A stretch of DNA of 64,000 bases from contig OZ059895.1 in the NCBI GenBank assembly GCA_964057225.1, positions 4,340,001 to 4,404,000 of the forward strand. Direction: 5' to 3'. Made by a program: the position numbers and the translations under genes. Below are positions 20,201 to 35,200 of this stretch, one piece after another (within the stretch, counting starts at the first letter, position 1; every line of letters begins with the position of its first letter). A model generated the notes under the pieces. The model made no database searches, was not told where the DNA came from, and worked only from the letters and a program-made list of their open reading frames with translations. Source of the DNA: Auanema rhodensis. Taxonomy: Eukaryota > Animalia > Nematoda.

Positions 20201-23200
20201 ATTGCTTCCAAAAACATTTTGACAAAAATTTTTTCGAAAAATTTCAAAATAATTTAGCGAAAAGTAGATGTTTTTAGATTCCTTTTTTTAAGGCAAAAAT
20301 GATGGACAATGTTATTAAACGAAAAAATTAATTCTTCAGGGTGAAAATCGAGGATATAAGTGTGAACTTATATCAGTTGATATCTCGGTGCATTTTTAAG
20401 CTAGCGCAAATCTGATAACACAGATCGACGCAGCTTAAAAATCCGCATCGAATGCACTATACTACATTGAGAAACGCTTAATACAAAAATTAGTTATGAT
20501 CGTTTGAAAAATGATGCATTAGTGTATGTTGAGTTTCCATGTACACTCAACATTGCTTCCAAAAACATTTTGACAAAAATTTTTTCGAAAAATTTCAAAA
20601 TAATTTAGCAGAAAGTAGATGTTTTTAGATTCCTTTTTTTAAGGCAAAAATGATGGACAATGTTATTAAACGAAAAAATTAATTCTTCAGGGTGAAAATC
20701 GAGGATATAAGTGTGAACTTATATCAGTTGATATCTCGGTGCATTTTTAAGCTAGCGCAAATCTGATAACACAGATCGACGCAGCTTAAAAATCCGCATC
20801 GAATGTACTATACTACATTGAGAAACGCTTAATACAAAAATTAGTTATGATCGTTTGAAAAATGATGCATTAGTGTATGTTGAGTTTCCATGTACACTCA
20901 ACATTGCTTCCAAAAACATTTTGACAAAAATTTTTTCGAAAAATTTCAAAATAATTTAGCAAAAAGTAGATGTTTTTAGATTCCTTTTTTTAAGGCAAAG
21001 ATGATGGACAATGTTATTCAACGAAAAAATTAATTCTTCAGGGTGAAAATCGAGGATATAAGTGTGAACTTATATCAGTTGATATCTCGGTGCATTTTTA
21101 AGCTAGCGCAAAACTGATAACACAGATCGACGCAGCTTAAAAATCCGCATCGAATGCACTATACTACATTGAGAAACGCTTAATACAAAAATTAGTTATG
21201 ATCGTTTGAAAAATGATGCATTAGTGTATGTTGAGTTTCCATGTACACTCAACATTGCTTCCAAAAACATTTTGACAAAAATTTTTTCGAAAAATTTCAA
21301 AATAATTTAGCAAAAAGTAGATGTTTTTAGATTCCTTTTTTTTAAGGCAAAGATGATGGACAATGTTATTCAACGAAAAAATTAATTCTTCAGGGTGAAA
21401 ATCGAGGATATAAGTGTGAACTTATATCAGTTGATATCTCGTTGCATTTTCAAGCTAGCGCAAATCTGATAACACAGATCGACGCAGCTTAAAAATCCGC
21501 ATTGAATGCACTATACTACATTGAGAAACGCTTAATACAAAAATTAGTTATGATCGTTTGAAAAATGATGCATTAGTGTATGTTGAGTTTCCATGTACAC
21601 TCAACATTGCTTCCAAAAACATTTTGACAAAAATTTTTTCGAAAAATTTCAAAATAATTTAGCAAAAAGTAGATGTTTTTAGATTCCTTTTTTTAAGGCA
21701 AAAATGATAGACAATGTTATTAAACGAAAAAATTAATTCTTCAGGGTGAAAATCGAGGATATAAGTGTGAACTTATATCAGTTGATATCTCGGTGCATTT
21801 TTAAGCTAGCGCAAATCTGATAACACAGATCGACGCAGCTCAGAAATCCGCATCGAATGCACTATACTACATTGAGAAACGCTTAATACAAAAATTAGTT
21901 ATGATCGTTTGAAAAATGATGCATTAGTGTATGTTGAGTTTCCATGTACACTCAACATTGCTTCCAAAAACATTTTGACAAAAATTTTTTCGAAAAATTT
22001 CAAAATAATTTAGCAAAAAGTAGATGTTTTTAGATTCCTTTTTTTAAGGCAAAAATGATGGACAATGTTATTAAACGAAAAAATTAATTCTTCAGGGTGA
22101 AAATCGAGGATATAAGTGTGAACTTATATCAGTTGATATCTCGGTGCATTTTTAAGCTAGCGCAAATCTGATAACACAGATCGACGCAGCTTAAAAATCC
22201 GCATCGAATGTACTATACTACATTGAGAAACGCTTAATACAAAAATTAGTTATGATCGTTTGAAAAATGATGCATTAGTGTATGTTGAGTTTCCATGTAC
22301 ACTCAACATTGCTTCCAAAAACATTTTGACAAAAATTTTTTCGAAAAATTTCAAAATAATTTAGCAAAAAGTAGATGTTTTTAGATTCCTTTTTTTAAGG
22401 CAAAGATGATGGACAATGTTATTCAACGAAAAAATTAATTCTTCAGGGTGAAAATCGAGGATATAAGTGTGAACTTATATCAGTTGATATCTCGGTGCAT
22501 TTTTAAGCTAGCGCAAAACTGATAACACAGATCGACGCAGCTTAAAAATCAGCATCGAATGCACTATACTACATTGAGAAACGCTTAATACAAAAATTAG
22601 TTATGATCGTTTGAAAAATGATGCATTAGTGTATGTTGAGTTTCCATGTACACTCAACATTGCTTCCAAAAACATTTTGACAAAAATTTTTTCGAAAAAT
22701 TTCAAAATAATTTAGCAAAAAGTAGATGTTTTTAGATTCCTTTTTTTTAAGGCAAAGATGATGGACAATGTTATTCAACGAAAAAATTAATTCTTCAGGG
22801 TGAAAATCGAGGATATAAGTGTGAACTTATATCAGTTGATATCTCGTTGCATTTTCAAGCTAGCGCAAATCTGATAACACAGATCGACGCAGCTTAAAAA
22901 TCCGCATCGAATGCACTATACTACATTGAGAAACGCTTAATACAAAAATTAGTTATGATCGTTTGAAAAATGATGCATTAGTGTATGTTGAGTTTCCATG
23001 TACACTCAACATTGCTTCCAAAAACATTTTGACAAAAATTTTTTCGAAAAATTTCAAAATAATTTAGCAAAAAGTAGATGTTTTTAGATTCCTTTTTTTA
23101 AGGCAAAGATGATGGACAATGTTATTCAACGAAAAAATTAATTCTTCAGGGTGAAAATCGAGGATATAAGTGTGAACTTATATCAGTTGATATCTCGGTG

Positions 23201-26200
23201 AATTTTTAAGCTAGCGCAAATCTGATAACACAGATCGACGCAGCTTAAAAATCCGCATCGAATGCACTATACTACATTGAGAAACGCTTAATACAAAAAT
23301 TAGTTATGATCGTTTGAAAAATGATGCATTAGTGTATGTTGAGTTTCCATGTACACTCAACATTGCTTCCAAAAACATTTTGACAAAAATTTTTTCGAAA
23401 AATTTCAAAATAATTTAGCAAAAAGTAGATGTTTTTAGATTTCTTTTTTTAAGGCAAAAATGATGGACAATGTTATTAAACGAAAAAATTAATTCTTCAG
23501 GGTGAAAATCGAGGATATAAGTGTGAACTTATATCAGTTGATATCTCGGTGCATTTTTAAGCTAGCGCAAATCTGATAACACAGATCGACGCAGCTTAAA
23601 AATCCGCATCGAATGCACTATACTTCATTGAGAAACGCTTAATACAAAAATTAGTTATGATCGTTTGAAAAATGATGCATTAGTGTATGTTGAGTTTCCA
23701 TGTACACTCAAAATTGCTTCCAAAAACATTTTGACAAAAATTTTTTCGAAAAATTTCAAAATAATTTAGCAAAAAGTAGATGTTTTTAGATTTTTTTTTT
23801 TAAGGCAAAGATGATGGACAATGTTATTCAACGAAAAAATTAATTCTTCAGGGTGAAAATCGAGGATATAAGTGTGAACTTATATCAGTTGATATCTCGG
23901 TGCATTTTTAAGCTAGCGCAAATCTGATAACACAGATCGACGCAGCTTAAAAATCCGCATCGAATGCACTATACTACATTGAGAAACGCTTAATACAAAA
24001 ATTAGTTATGATCGTTTGAAAAATGATGCATTAGTGTATGTTGAGTTTCCATGTACACTCAACATTGCTTCCAAAAACATTTTGACAAAAATTTTTTCGA
24101 AAAATTTCAAAATAATTTAGCAAAAAGTAGATGTTTTTAGATTCCTTTTTTTAAGGCAAAGATGATGGACAATGTTATTCAACGAAAAAATTAATTCTTC
24201 AGGGTGAAAATCGAGGATATAAGTGTGAACTTATATCAGTTGATATCTCGGTGAATTTTTAAGCTAGCGCAAATCTGATAACACAGATCGACGCAGCTTA
24301 AAAATCCGCATCGAATGCACTATACTACATTGAGAAACGCTTAATACAAAAATTAGTTATGATCGTTTGAAAAATGATGCATTAGTGTATGTTGAGTTTC
24401 CATGTACACTCAACATTGCTTCCAAAAACATTTTGACAAAAATTTTTTCGAAAAATTTCAAAATAATTTAGCAAAAAGTAGATGTTTTTAGATTCCTTTT
24501 TTTAAGGCAAAAATGATGGACAATGTTATTAAACGAAAAAATTAATTCTTCAGGGTGAAAATCGAGGATATAAGTGTGAACTTATATCAGTTGATATCTC
24601 GGTGCATTTTTAAGCTAGCGCAAATCTGATAACACAGATCGACGCAGCTTAAAAATCCGCATCGAATGCACTATACTTCATTGAGAAACGCTTAATACAA
24701 AAATTAGTTATGATCGTTTGAAAAATGATGCATTAGTGTATGTTGAGTTTCCATGTACACTCAAAATTGCTTCCAAAAACATTTTGACAAAAATTTTTTC
24801 GAAAAATTTCAAAATAATTTAGCAAAAAGTAGATGTTTTTAGATTTTTTTTTTTAAGGCAAAGATGATGGACAATGTTATTCAACGAAAAAATTAATTCT
24901 TCAGGGTGAAAATCGAGGATATAAGTGTGAACTTATATCAGTTGATATCTCGGTGCATTTTTAAGCTAGCGCAAATCTGATAACACAGATCGACGCAGCT
25001 TAAAAATCCGCATCGAATGCACTATACTACATTGAGAAACGCTTAATACAAAAATTAGTTATGATCGTTTGAAAAATGATGCATTAGTGTATGTTGAGTT
25101 TCCATGTACACTCAACATTGCTTCCAAAAACATTTTGACAAAAATTTTTTCGAAAAATTTCAAAATAATTTAGCAAAAAGTAGATGTTTTTAGATTCCTT
25201 TTTTTAAGGCAAAGATGATGGACAATGTTATTCAACGAAAAAATTAATTCTTCAGGGTGAAAATCGAGGATATAAGTGTGAACTTATATCAGTTGATATC
25301 TCGGTGAATTTTTAAGCTAGCGCAAATCTGATAACACAGATCGACGCAGCTTAAAAATCCGCATCGAATGCACTATACTTCATTGAGAAACGCTTAATAC
25401 AAAAATTAGTTATGATCGTTTGAAAAATGATGCATTAGTGTATGTTGAGTTTCCATGTACACTCAAAATTGCTTCCAAAAACATTTTGACAAAAATTTTT
25501 TCGAAAAATTTCAAAATAATTTAGCAAAAAGTAGATGTTTTTAGATTTTTTTTTTTAAGGCAAAGATGATGGACAATGTTATTCAACGAAAAAATTAATT
25601 CTTCAGGGTGAAAATCGAGGATATAAGTGTGAACTTATATCAGTTGATATCTCGGTGCATTTTTAAGCTAGCGCAAATCTGATAACACAGATCGACGCAG
25701 CTTAAAAATCCGCATCGAATGCACTATACTACATTGAGAAACGCTTAATACAAAAATTAGTTATGATCGTTTGAAAAATGATGCATTAGTGTATGTTGAG
25801 TTTCCATGTACACTCAACATTGCTTCCAAAAACATTTTGACAAAAATTTTTTCGAAAAATTTCAAAATAATTTAGCAAAAAGTAGATGTTTTTAGATTCC
25901 TTTTTTTAAGGCAAAGATGATGGACAATGTTATTCAACGAAAAAATTAATTCTTCAGGGTGAAAATCGAGGATATAAGTGTGAACTTATATCAGTTGATA
26001 TCTCGGTGAATTTTTAAGCTAGCGCAAATCTGATAACACAGATCGACGCAGCTTAAAAATCCGCATCGAATGCACTATACTACATTGAGAAACGCTTAAT
26101 ACAAAAATTAGTTATGATCGTTTGAAAAATGATGCATTAGTGTATGTTGAGTTTCCATGTACACTCAACATTGCTTCCAAAAACATTTTGACAAAAATTT

Positions 26201-29200
26201 TTTCGAAAAATTTCAAAATAATTTAGCAAAAAGTAGATGTTTTTAGATTCCTTTTTTTAAGGCAAAAATGATGGACAATGTTATTAAACGAAAAAATTAA
26301 TTCTTCAGGGTGAAAATCGAGGATATAAGTGTGAACTTATATCAGTTGATATCTCGGTGCATTTTTAAGCTAGCGCAAAACTGATAACACAGATCGACGC
26401 AGCTTAAAAATCCGCATCGAATGCACTATACTACATTGAGAAACGCTTAATACAAAAATTAGTTATGATCGTTTGAAAAATGATGCATTAGTGTATGTTG
26501 AGTTTCCATGTACACTCAACATTGCTTCCAAAAACATTTTGACAAAAATTTTTTCGAAAAATTTCAAAATAATTTAGCAAAAAGTAGATGTTTTTAGATT
26601 CCTTTTTTTTAAGGCAAAGATGATGGACAATGTTATTCAACGAAAAAATTAATTCTTCAGGGTGAAAATCGAGGATATAAGTGTGAACTTATATCAGTTG
26701 ATATCTCGTTGCATTTTCAAGCTAGCGCAAATCTGATAACACAGATCGACGCAGCTTAAAAATCCGCATCGAATGCACTATACTACATTGAGAAACGCTT
26801 AATACAAAAATTAGTTATGATCGTTTGAAAAATGATGCATTAGTGTATGTTGAGTTTCCATGTACACTCAACATTGCTTCCAAAAACATTTTGACAAAAA
26901 TTTTTTCGAAAAATTTCAAAATAATTTAGCAAAAAGTAGATGTTTTTAGATTCCTTTTTTTAAGGCAAAGATGATGGACAATGTTATTCAACGAAAAAAT
27001 TAATTCTTCAGGGTGAAAATCGAGGATATAAGTGTGAACTTATATCAGTTGATATCTCGGTGAATTTTTAAGCTAGCGCAAATCTGATAACACAGATCGA
27101 CGCAGCTTAAAAATCCGCATCGAATGCACTATACTACATTGAGAAACGCTTAATACAAAAATTAGTTATGATCGTTTGAAAAATGATGCATTAGTGTATG
27201 TTGAGTTTCCATGTACACTCAACATTGCTTCCAAAAACATTTTGACAAAAATTTTTTCGAAAAATTTCAAAATAATTTAGCAAAAAGTAGATGTTTTTAG
27301 ATTCCTTTTTTTAAGGCAAAGATGATGGACAATGTTATTCAACGAAAAAATTAATTCTTCAGGGTGAAAATCGAGGATATAAGTGTGAACTTATATCAGT
27401 TGATATCTCGGTGAATTTTTAAGCTAGCGCAAATCTGATAACACAGATCGACGCAGCTTAAAAATCCGCATCGAATGCACTATACTACATTGAGAAACGC
27501 TTAATACAAAAATTAGTTATGATCGTTTGAAAAATGATGCATTAGTGTATGTTGAGTTTCCATGTACACTCAACATTGCTTCCAAAAACATTTTGACAAA
27601 AATTTTTTCGAAAAATTTCAAAATAATTTAGCAAAAAGTAGATGTTTTTAGATTTCTTTTTTTAAGGCAAAAATGATGGACAATGTTATTAAACGAAAAA
27701 ATTAATTCTTCAGGGTGAAAATCGAGGATATAAGTGTGAACTTATATCAGTTGATATCTCGGTGCATTTTTAAGCTAGCGCAAATCTGATAACACAGATC
27801 GACGCAGCTTAAAAATCCGCATCGAATGCACTATACTTCATTGAGAAACGCTTAATACAAAAATTAGTTATGATCGTTTGAAAAATGATGCATTAGTGTA
27901 TGTTGAGTTTCCATGTACACTCAAAATTGCTTCCAAAAACATTTTGACAAAAATTTTTTCGAAAAATTTCAAAATAATTTAGCAAAAAGTAGATGTTTTT
28001 AGATTTTTTTTTTTAAGGCAAAGATGATGGACAATGTTATTCAACGAAAAAATTAATTCTTCAGGGTGAAAATCGAGGATATAAGTGTGAACTTATATCA
28101 GTTGATATCTCGGTGCATTTTTAAGCTAGCGCAAATCTGATAACACAGATCGACGCAGCTTAAAAATCCGCATCGAATGCACTATACTACATTGAGAAAC
28201 GCTTAATACAAAAATTAGTTATGATCGTTTGAAAAATGATGCATTAGTGTATGTTGAGTTTCCATGTACACTCAACATTGCTTCCAAAAACATTTTGACA
28301 AAAATTTTTTCGAAAAATTTCAAAATAATTTAGCAAAAAGTAGATGTTTTTAGATTCCTTTTTTTAAGGCAAAGATGATGGACAATGTTATTCAACGAAA
28401 AAATTAATTCTTCAGGGTGAAAATCGAGGATATAAGTGTGAACTTATATCAGTTGATATCTCGGTGAATTTTTAAGCTAGCGCAAATCTGATAACACAGA
28501 TCGACGCAGCTTAAAAATCCGCATCGAATGCACTATACTACATTGAGAAACGCTTAATACAAAAATTAGTTATGATCGTTTGAAAAATGATGCATTAGTG
28601 TATGTTGAGTTTCCATGTACACTCAACATTGCTTCCAAAAACATTTTGACAAAAATTTTTTCGAAAAATTTCAAAATAATTTAGCAAAAAGTAGATGTTT
28701 TTAGATTCCTTTTTTTAAGGCAAAAATGATGGACAATGTTATTAAACGAAAAAATTAATTCTTCAGGGTGAAAATCGAGGATATAAGTGTGAACTTATAT
28801 CAGTTGATATCTCGGTGCATTTTTAAGCTAGCGCAAATCTGATAACACAGATCGACGCAGCTTAAAAATCCGCATCGAATGCACTATACTTCATTGAGAA
28901 ACGCTTAATACAAAAATTAGTTATGATCGTTTGAAAAATGATGCATTAGTGTATGTTGAGTTTCCATGTACACTCAAAATTGCTTCCAAAAACATTTTGA
29001 CAAAAATTTTTTCGAAAAATTTCAAAATAATTTAGCAAAAAGTAGATGTTTTTAGATTTTTTTTTTTAAGGCAAAGATGATGGACAATGTTATTCAACGA
29101 AAAAATTAATTCTTCAGGGTGAAAATCGAGGATATAAGTGTGAACTTATATCAGTTGATATCTCGGTGCATTTTTAAGCTAGCGCAAATCTGATAACACA

Positions 29201-32200
29201 GATCGACGCAGCTTAAAAATCCGCATCGAATGCACTATACTACATTGAGAAACGCTTAATACAAAAATTAGTTATGATCGTTTGAAAAATGATGCATTAG
29301 TGTATGTTGAGTTTCCATGTACACTCAACATTGCTTCCAAAAACATTTTGACAAAAATTTTTTCGAAAAATTTCAAAATAATTTAGCAAAAAGTAGATGT
29401 TTTTAGATTCCTTTTTTTAAGGCAAAGATGATGGACAATGTTATTCAACGAAAAAATTAATTCTTCAGGGTGAAAATCGAGGATATAAGTGTGAACTTAT
29501 ATCAGTTGATATCTCGGTGAATTTTTAAGCTAGCGCAAATCTGATAACACAGATCGACGCAGCTTAAAAATCCGCATCGAATGCACTATACTACATTGAG
29601 AAACGCTTAATACAAAAATTAGTTATGATCGTTTGAAAAATGATGCATTAGTGTATGTTGAGTTTCCATGTACACTCAACATTGCTTCCAAAAACATTTT
29701 GACAAAAATTTTTTCGAAAAATTTCAAAATAATTTAGCGAAAAGTAGATGTTTTTAGATTCCTTTTTTTAAGGCAAAAATGATGGACAATGTTATTAAAC
29801 GAAAAAATTAATTCTTCAGGGTGAAAATCGAGGATATAAGTGTGAACTTATATCAGTTGATATCTCGGTGCATTTTTAAGCTAGCGCAAATCTGATAACA
29901 CAGATCGACGCAGCTTAAAAATCCGCATCGAATGCACTATACTACATTGAGAAACGCTCAATACAAAAATTAGTTATGATCGTTTGAAAAATGATGCATT
30001 AGTGTATGTTGAGTTTCCATGTACACTCAACATTGCTTCCAAAAACATTTTGACAAAAATTTTTTCGAAAAATTTCAAAATAATTTAGCAAAAAGTAGAT
30101 GTTTTTAGATTCCTTTTTTTAAGGCAAAAATGATGGACAATGTTATTAAACGAAAAAATTAATTCTTCAGGGTGAAAATCGAGGATATAAGTGTGAACTT
30201 ATATCAGTTGATATCTCGGTGCATTTTTAAGCTAGCGCAAATCTGATAACACAGATCGACGCAGCTTAAAAATCCGCATCGAATGCACTATACTACATTG
30301 AGAAACGCTTAATACAAAAATTAGTTATGATCGTTTGAAAAATGATGCATTAGTGTATGTTGAGTTTCCATGTACACTCAACATTGCTTCCAAAAACATT
30401 TTGACAAAAATTTTTTCGAAAAATTTCAAAATAATTTAGCAAAAAGTAGATGTTTTTAGATTCCTTTTTTTAAGGCAAAAATGATGGACAATGTTATTAA
30501 ACGAAAAAATTAATTCTTCAGGGTGAAAATCGAGGATATAAGTGTGAACTTATATCAGTTGATATCTCGGTGCATTTTTAAGCTAGCGCAAATCTGATAA
30601 CACAGATCGACGCAGCTTAAAAATCCGCATCGAATGCACTATACTACATTGAGAAACGCTTAATACAAAAATTAGTTATGATCGTTTGAAAAATGATGCA
30701 TTAGTGTATGTTGAGTTTCCATGTACACTCAACATTGCTTCCAAAAACATTTTGACAAAAATGTTTTCGAAAAATTTCAAAATAATTTAGCAAAAAGTAG
30801 ATGTTTTTAGATTCCTTTTTTTAAGGCAAAAATGATGGACAATGTTATTAAACGAAAAAATTAATTCTTCAGGGTGAAAATCGAGGATATAAGTGTGAAC
30901 TTATATCAGTTGATATCTCGGTGCATTTTCAAGCTAGCGCAAATCTGATAACACAGATCGACGCAGCTTAAAAATCCGCATCGAATGCACTATACTACAT
31001 TGAGAAACGCTTAATACAAAAATTAGTTATGATCGTTTGAAAAATGATGCATTAGTGTATGTTGAGTTTCCATGTACACTCAACATTGCTTCCAAAAACA
31101 TTTTGACAAAAATTTTTTCGAAAAATTTCAAAATAATTTAGCAAAAAGTAGATGTTTTTAGATTCCTTTTTTTAAGGCAAAGATGATGGAAAATGTTATT
31201 AAACGAAAAAATTAATTCTTCAGGGTGAAAATCGAGGATATAAGTGTGAACTTATATCAGTTGATATCTCGGTGCATTTTCAAGCTAGCGCAAATCTGAT
31301 AACACAGATCGACGCAGCTTAAAAATCCGCATCGAATGCACTATACTACATTGAGAAACGCTTAATACAAAAATTAGTTATGATCGTTTGAAAAATGATG
31401 CATTAGTGTATGTTGAGTTTCCATGTACACTCAACATTGCTTCCAAAAACATTTTGACAAAAATTTTTTCGAAAAATTTCAAAATAATTTAGCAAAAAGT
31501 AGATGTTTTTAGATTTTTTTTTTTAAGGCAAAGATGATGGACAATGTTATTCAACGAAAAAATTAATTCTTCAGGGTGAAAATCGAGGATATAAGTGTGA
31601 ACTTATATCAGTTGATATCTCATTGCATTTTCAAGCTAGCGCAAATCTGATAACACAGATCGACGCAGCTTAAAAATCCGCATCGAATGCACTATACTAC
31701 ATTGAGAAACACTTAATACAAAAATTAGTTATGATCGTTTGAAAAATGATGCATTAGTGTATGTTGAGTTTCCATGTACACTCAACATTGCTTCCAAAAA
31801 CATTTTGACAAAAATTTTTTCGAAAAATTTCAAAATAATTTAGCAAAAAGTAGATGTTTTTAGATTCCTTTTTTTGAGGCAAAGATGATGGACAATGTTA
31901 TTAAACGAAAAAATTAATTCTTCAGGGTGAAAATCGAGGATATAAGTGTGAACTTATATCAGTTGATATCTCGGTGCATTTTTAAGCTAGCGCAAATCTG
32001 ATAACACAGATCGACGCAGCTTAAAAATCCGCATCGAATGCACTATACTACATTGAGAAACGCTTAATACAAAAATTAGTTATGATCGTTTGAAAAATGA
32101 TGCATTAGTGTATGTTGAGTTTCCATGTACACTCAACATTGCTTCCAAAAACATTTTGACAAAAATTTTTTCGAAAAATTTCAAAATAATTTAGCAAAAA

Positions 32201-35200
32201 GTAGATGTTTTTAGATTCCTTTTTTTAAGGCAAAAATGATGGACAATGTTATTAAACGAAAAAATTAATTCTTCAGGGTGAAAATCGAGGATATAAGTGT
32301 GAACTTATATCAGTTGATATCTCGGTGCATTTTTAAGCTAGCGCAAATCTGATAACACAGATCGACGCAGCTTAAAAATCCGCATCGAATGCACTATACT
32401 ACATTGAGAAACGCTTAATACAAAAGTTAGTTATGATCGTTTGAAAAATGATGCATTAGTGTATGTTGAGTTTCCATGTACACTCAACATTGCTTCCAAA
32501 AACATTTTGACAAAAATTTTTTCGAAAAATTTCAAAATAATTTAGCAAAAAGTAGATGTTTTTAGATTTTTTTTTTTAAGGCAAAGATGATGGACAATGT
32601 TATTTAACGAAAAAATTAATTCTTCAGGGTGAAAATCGAGGATATAAGTGTGAACTTATATCAGTTGATATCTCGTTGCATTTTTAAGCTAGCGCAAATC
32701 TGATAACACAGATCGACGCAGCTTAAAAATCCGCATCGAATGCACTATACTACATTGAGAAACGCTTAATACAAAAATTAGTTATGATCGTTTGAAAAAT
32801 GATGCATTAGTGTATGTTGAGTTTCCATGTACACTCAACATTGCTTCCAAAAACATTTTGACAAAAATTTTTTCGAAAAATTTCAAAATAATTTAGCAAA
32901 AAGTAGATGTTTTTAGATTTTTTTTTTTAAGGCAAAGATGATGGACAATGTTATTTAACGAAAAAATTAATTCTTCAGGGTGAAAATCGAGGATATAAGT
33001 GTGAACTTATATCAGTTGATATCTCGTTGCATTTTCAAGCTAGCGCAAATCTGATAACACAGATCGACGCAGCTTAAAAATCCGCATCGAATGCACTATA
33101 CTACATTGAGAAACGCTTAATACAAAAATTAGTTATGATCGTTTGAAAAATGATGCATTAGTGTATGTTGAGTTTCCATGTACACTCAACATTGCTTCCA
33201 AAAACATTTTGACAAAAATTTTTTCGAAAAATTTCAAAATAATTTAGCAAAAAGTAGATGTTTTTAGATTTTTTTTTTTAAGGCAAAGATGATGGACAAT
33301 GTTATTCAACGAAAAAATTAATTCTTCAGGGTGAAAATCGAGGATATAAGTGTGAACTTATATCAGTTGATATCTCATTGCATTTTCAAGCTAGCGCAAA
33401 TCTGATAACACAGATCGACGCAGCTTAAAAATCCGCATCGAATGCACTATACTACATTGAGAAACACTTAATACAAAAATTAGTTATGATCGTTTGAAAA
33501 ATGATGCATTAGTGTATGTTGAGTTTCCATGTACACTCAACATTGCTTCCAAAAACATTTTGACAAAAATTTTTTCGAAAAATTTCAAAATAATTTAGCA
33601 AAAAGTAGATGTTTTTAGATTCCTTTTTTTGAGGCAAAGATGATGGACAATGTTATTAAACGAAAAAATTAATTCTTCAGGGTGAAAATCGAGGATATAA
33701 GTGTGAACTTATATCAGTTGATATCTCGGTGCATTTTTAAGCTAGCGCAAATCTGATAACACAGATCGACGCAGCTTAAAAATCCGCATCGAATGCACTA
33801 TACTACATTGAGAAACGCTTAATACAAAAATTAGTTATGATCGTTTGAAAAATGATGCATTAGTGTATGTTGAGTTTCCATGTACACTCAACATTGCTTC
33901 CAAAAACATTTTGACAAAAATTTTTTCGAAAAATTTCAAAATAATTTAGCAAAAAGTAGATGTTTTTAGATTCCTTTTTTTAAGGCAAAAATGATGGACA
34001 ATGTTATTAAACGAAAAAATTAATTCTTCAGGGTGAAAATCGAGGATATAAGTGTGAACTTATATCAGTTGATATCTCGGTGCATTTTTAAGCTAGCGCA
34101 AATCTGATAACACAGATCGACGCAGCTTAAAAATCCGCATCGAATGCACTATACTACATTGAGAAACGCTTAATACAAAAGTTAGTTATGATCGTTTGAA
34201 AAATGATGCATTAGTGTATGTTGAGTTTCCATGTACACTCAACATTGCTTCCAAAAACATTTTGACAAAAATTTTTTCGAAAAATTTCAAAATAATTTAG
34301 CAAAAAGTAGATGTTTTTAGATTTTTTTTTTTAAGGCAAAGATGATGGACAATGTTATTTAACGAAAAAATTAATTCTTCAGGGTGAAAATCGAGGATAT
34401 AAGTGTGAACTTATATCAGTTGATATCTCGTTGCATTTTTAAGCTAGCGCAAATCTGATAACACAGATCGACGCAGCTTAAAAATCCGCATCGAATGCAC
34501 TATACTACATTGAGAAACGCTTAATACAAAAATTAGTTATGATCGTTTGAAAAATGATGCATTAGTGTATGTTGAGTTTCCATGTACACTCAAAATTGCT
34601 TCCAAAAACATTTTGACAAAAATTTTTTCGAAAAATTTCAAAATAATTTAGCAAAAAGTAGATGTTTTTAGATTTTTTTTTTTAAGGCAAAGATGATGGA
34701 CAATGTTATTTAACGAAAAAATTAATTCTTCAGGGTGAAAATCGAGGATATAAGTGTGAACTTATATCAGTTGATATCTCGTTGCATTTTCAAGCTAGCG
34801 CAAATCTGATAACACAGATCGACGCAGCTTAAAAATCCGCATCGAATGCACTATACTACATTGAGAAACGCTTAATACAAAAATTAGTTATGATCGTTTG
34901 AAAAATGATGCATTAGTGTATGTTGAGTTTCCATGTACACTCAACATTGCTTCCAAAAACATTTTGACAAAAATTTTTTCGAAAAATTTCAAAATAATTT
35001 AGCAAAAAGTAGATGTTTTTAGATTCCTTTTTTTAAGGCAAAGATGATGGACAATGTTATTCAACGAAAAAATTAATTCTTCAGGGTGAAAATCGAGGAT
35101 ATAAGTGTGAACTTATATCAGTTGATATCTCGTTGCATTTTCAAGCTAGCGCAAATCTGATAACACAGATCGACGCAGCTTAAAAATCCGCATCGAATGC

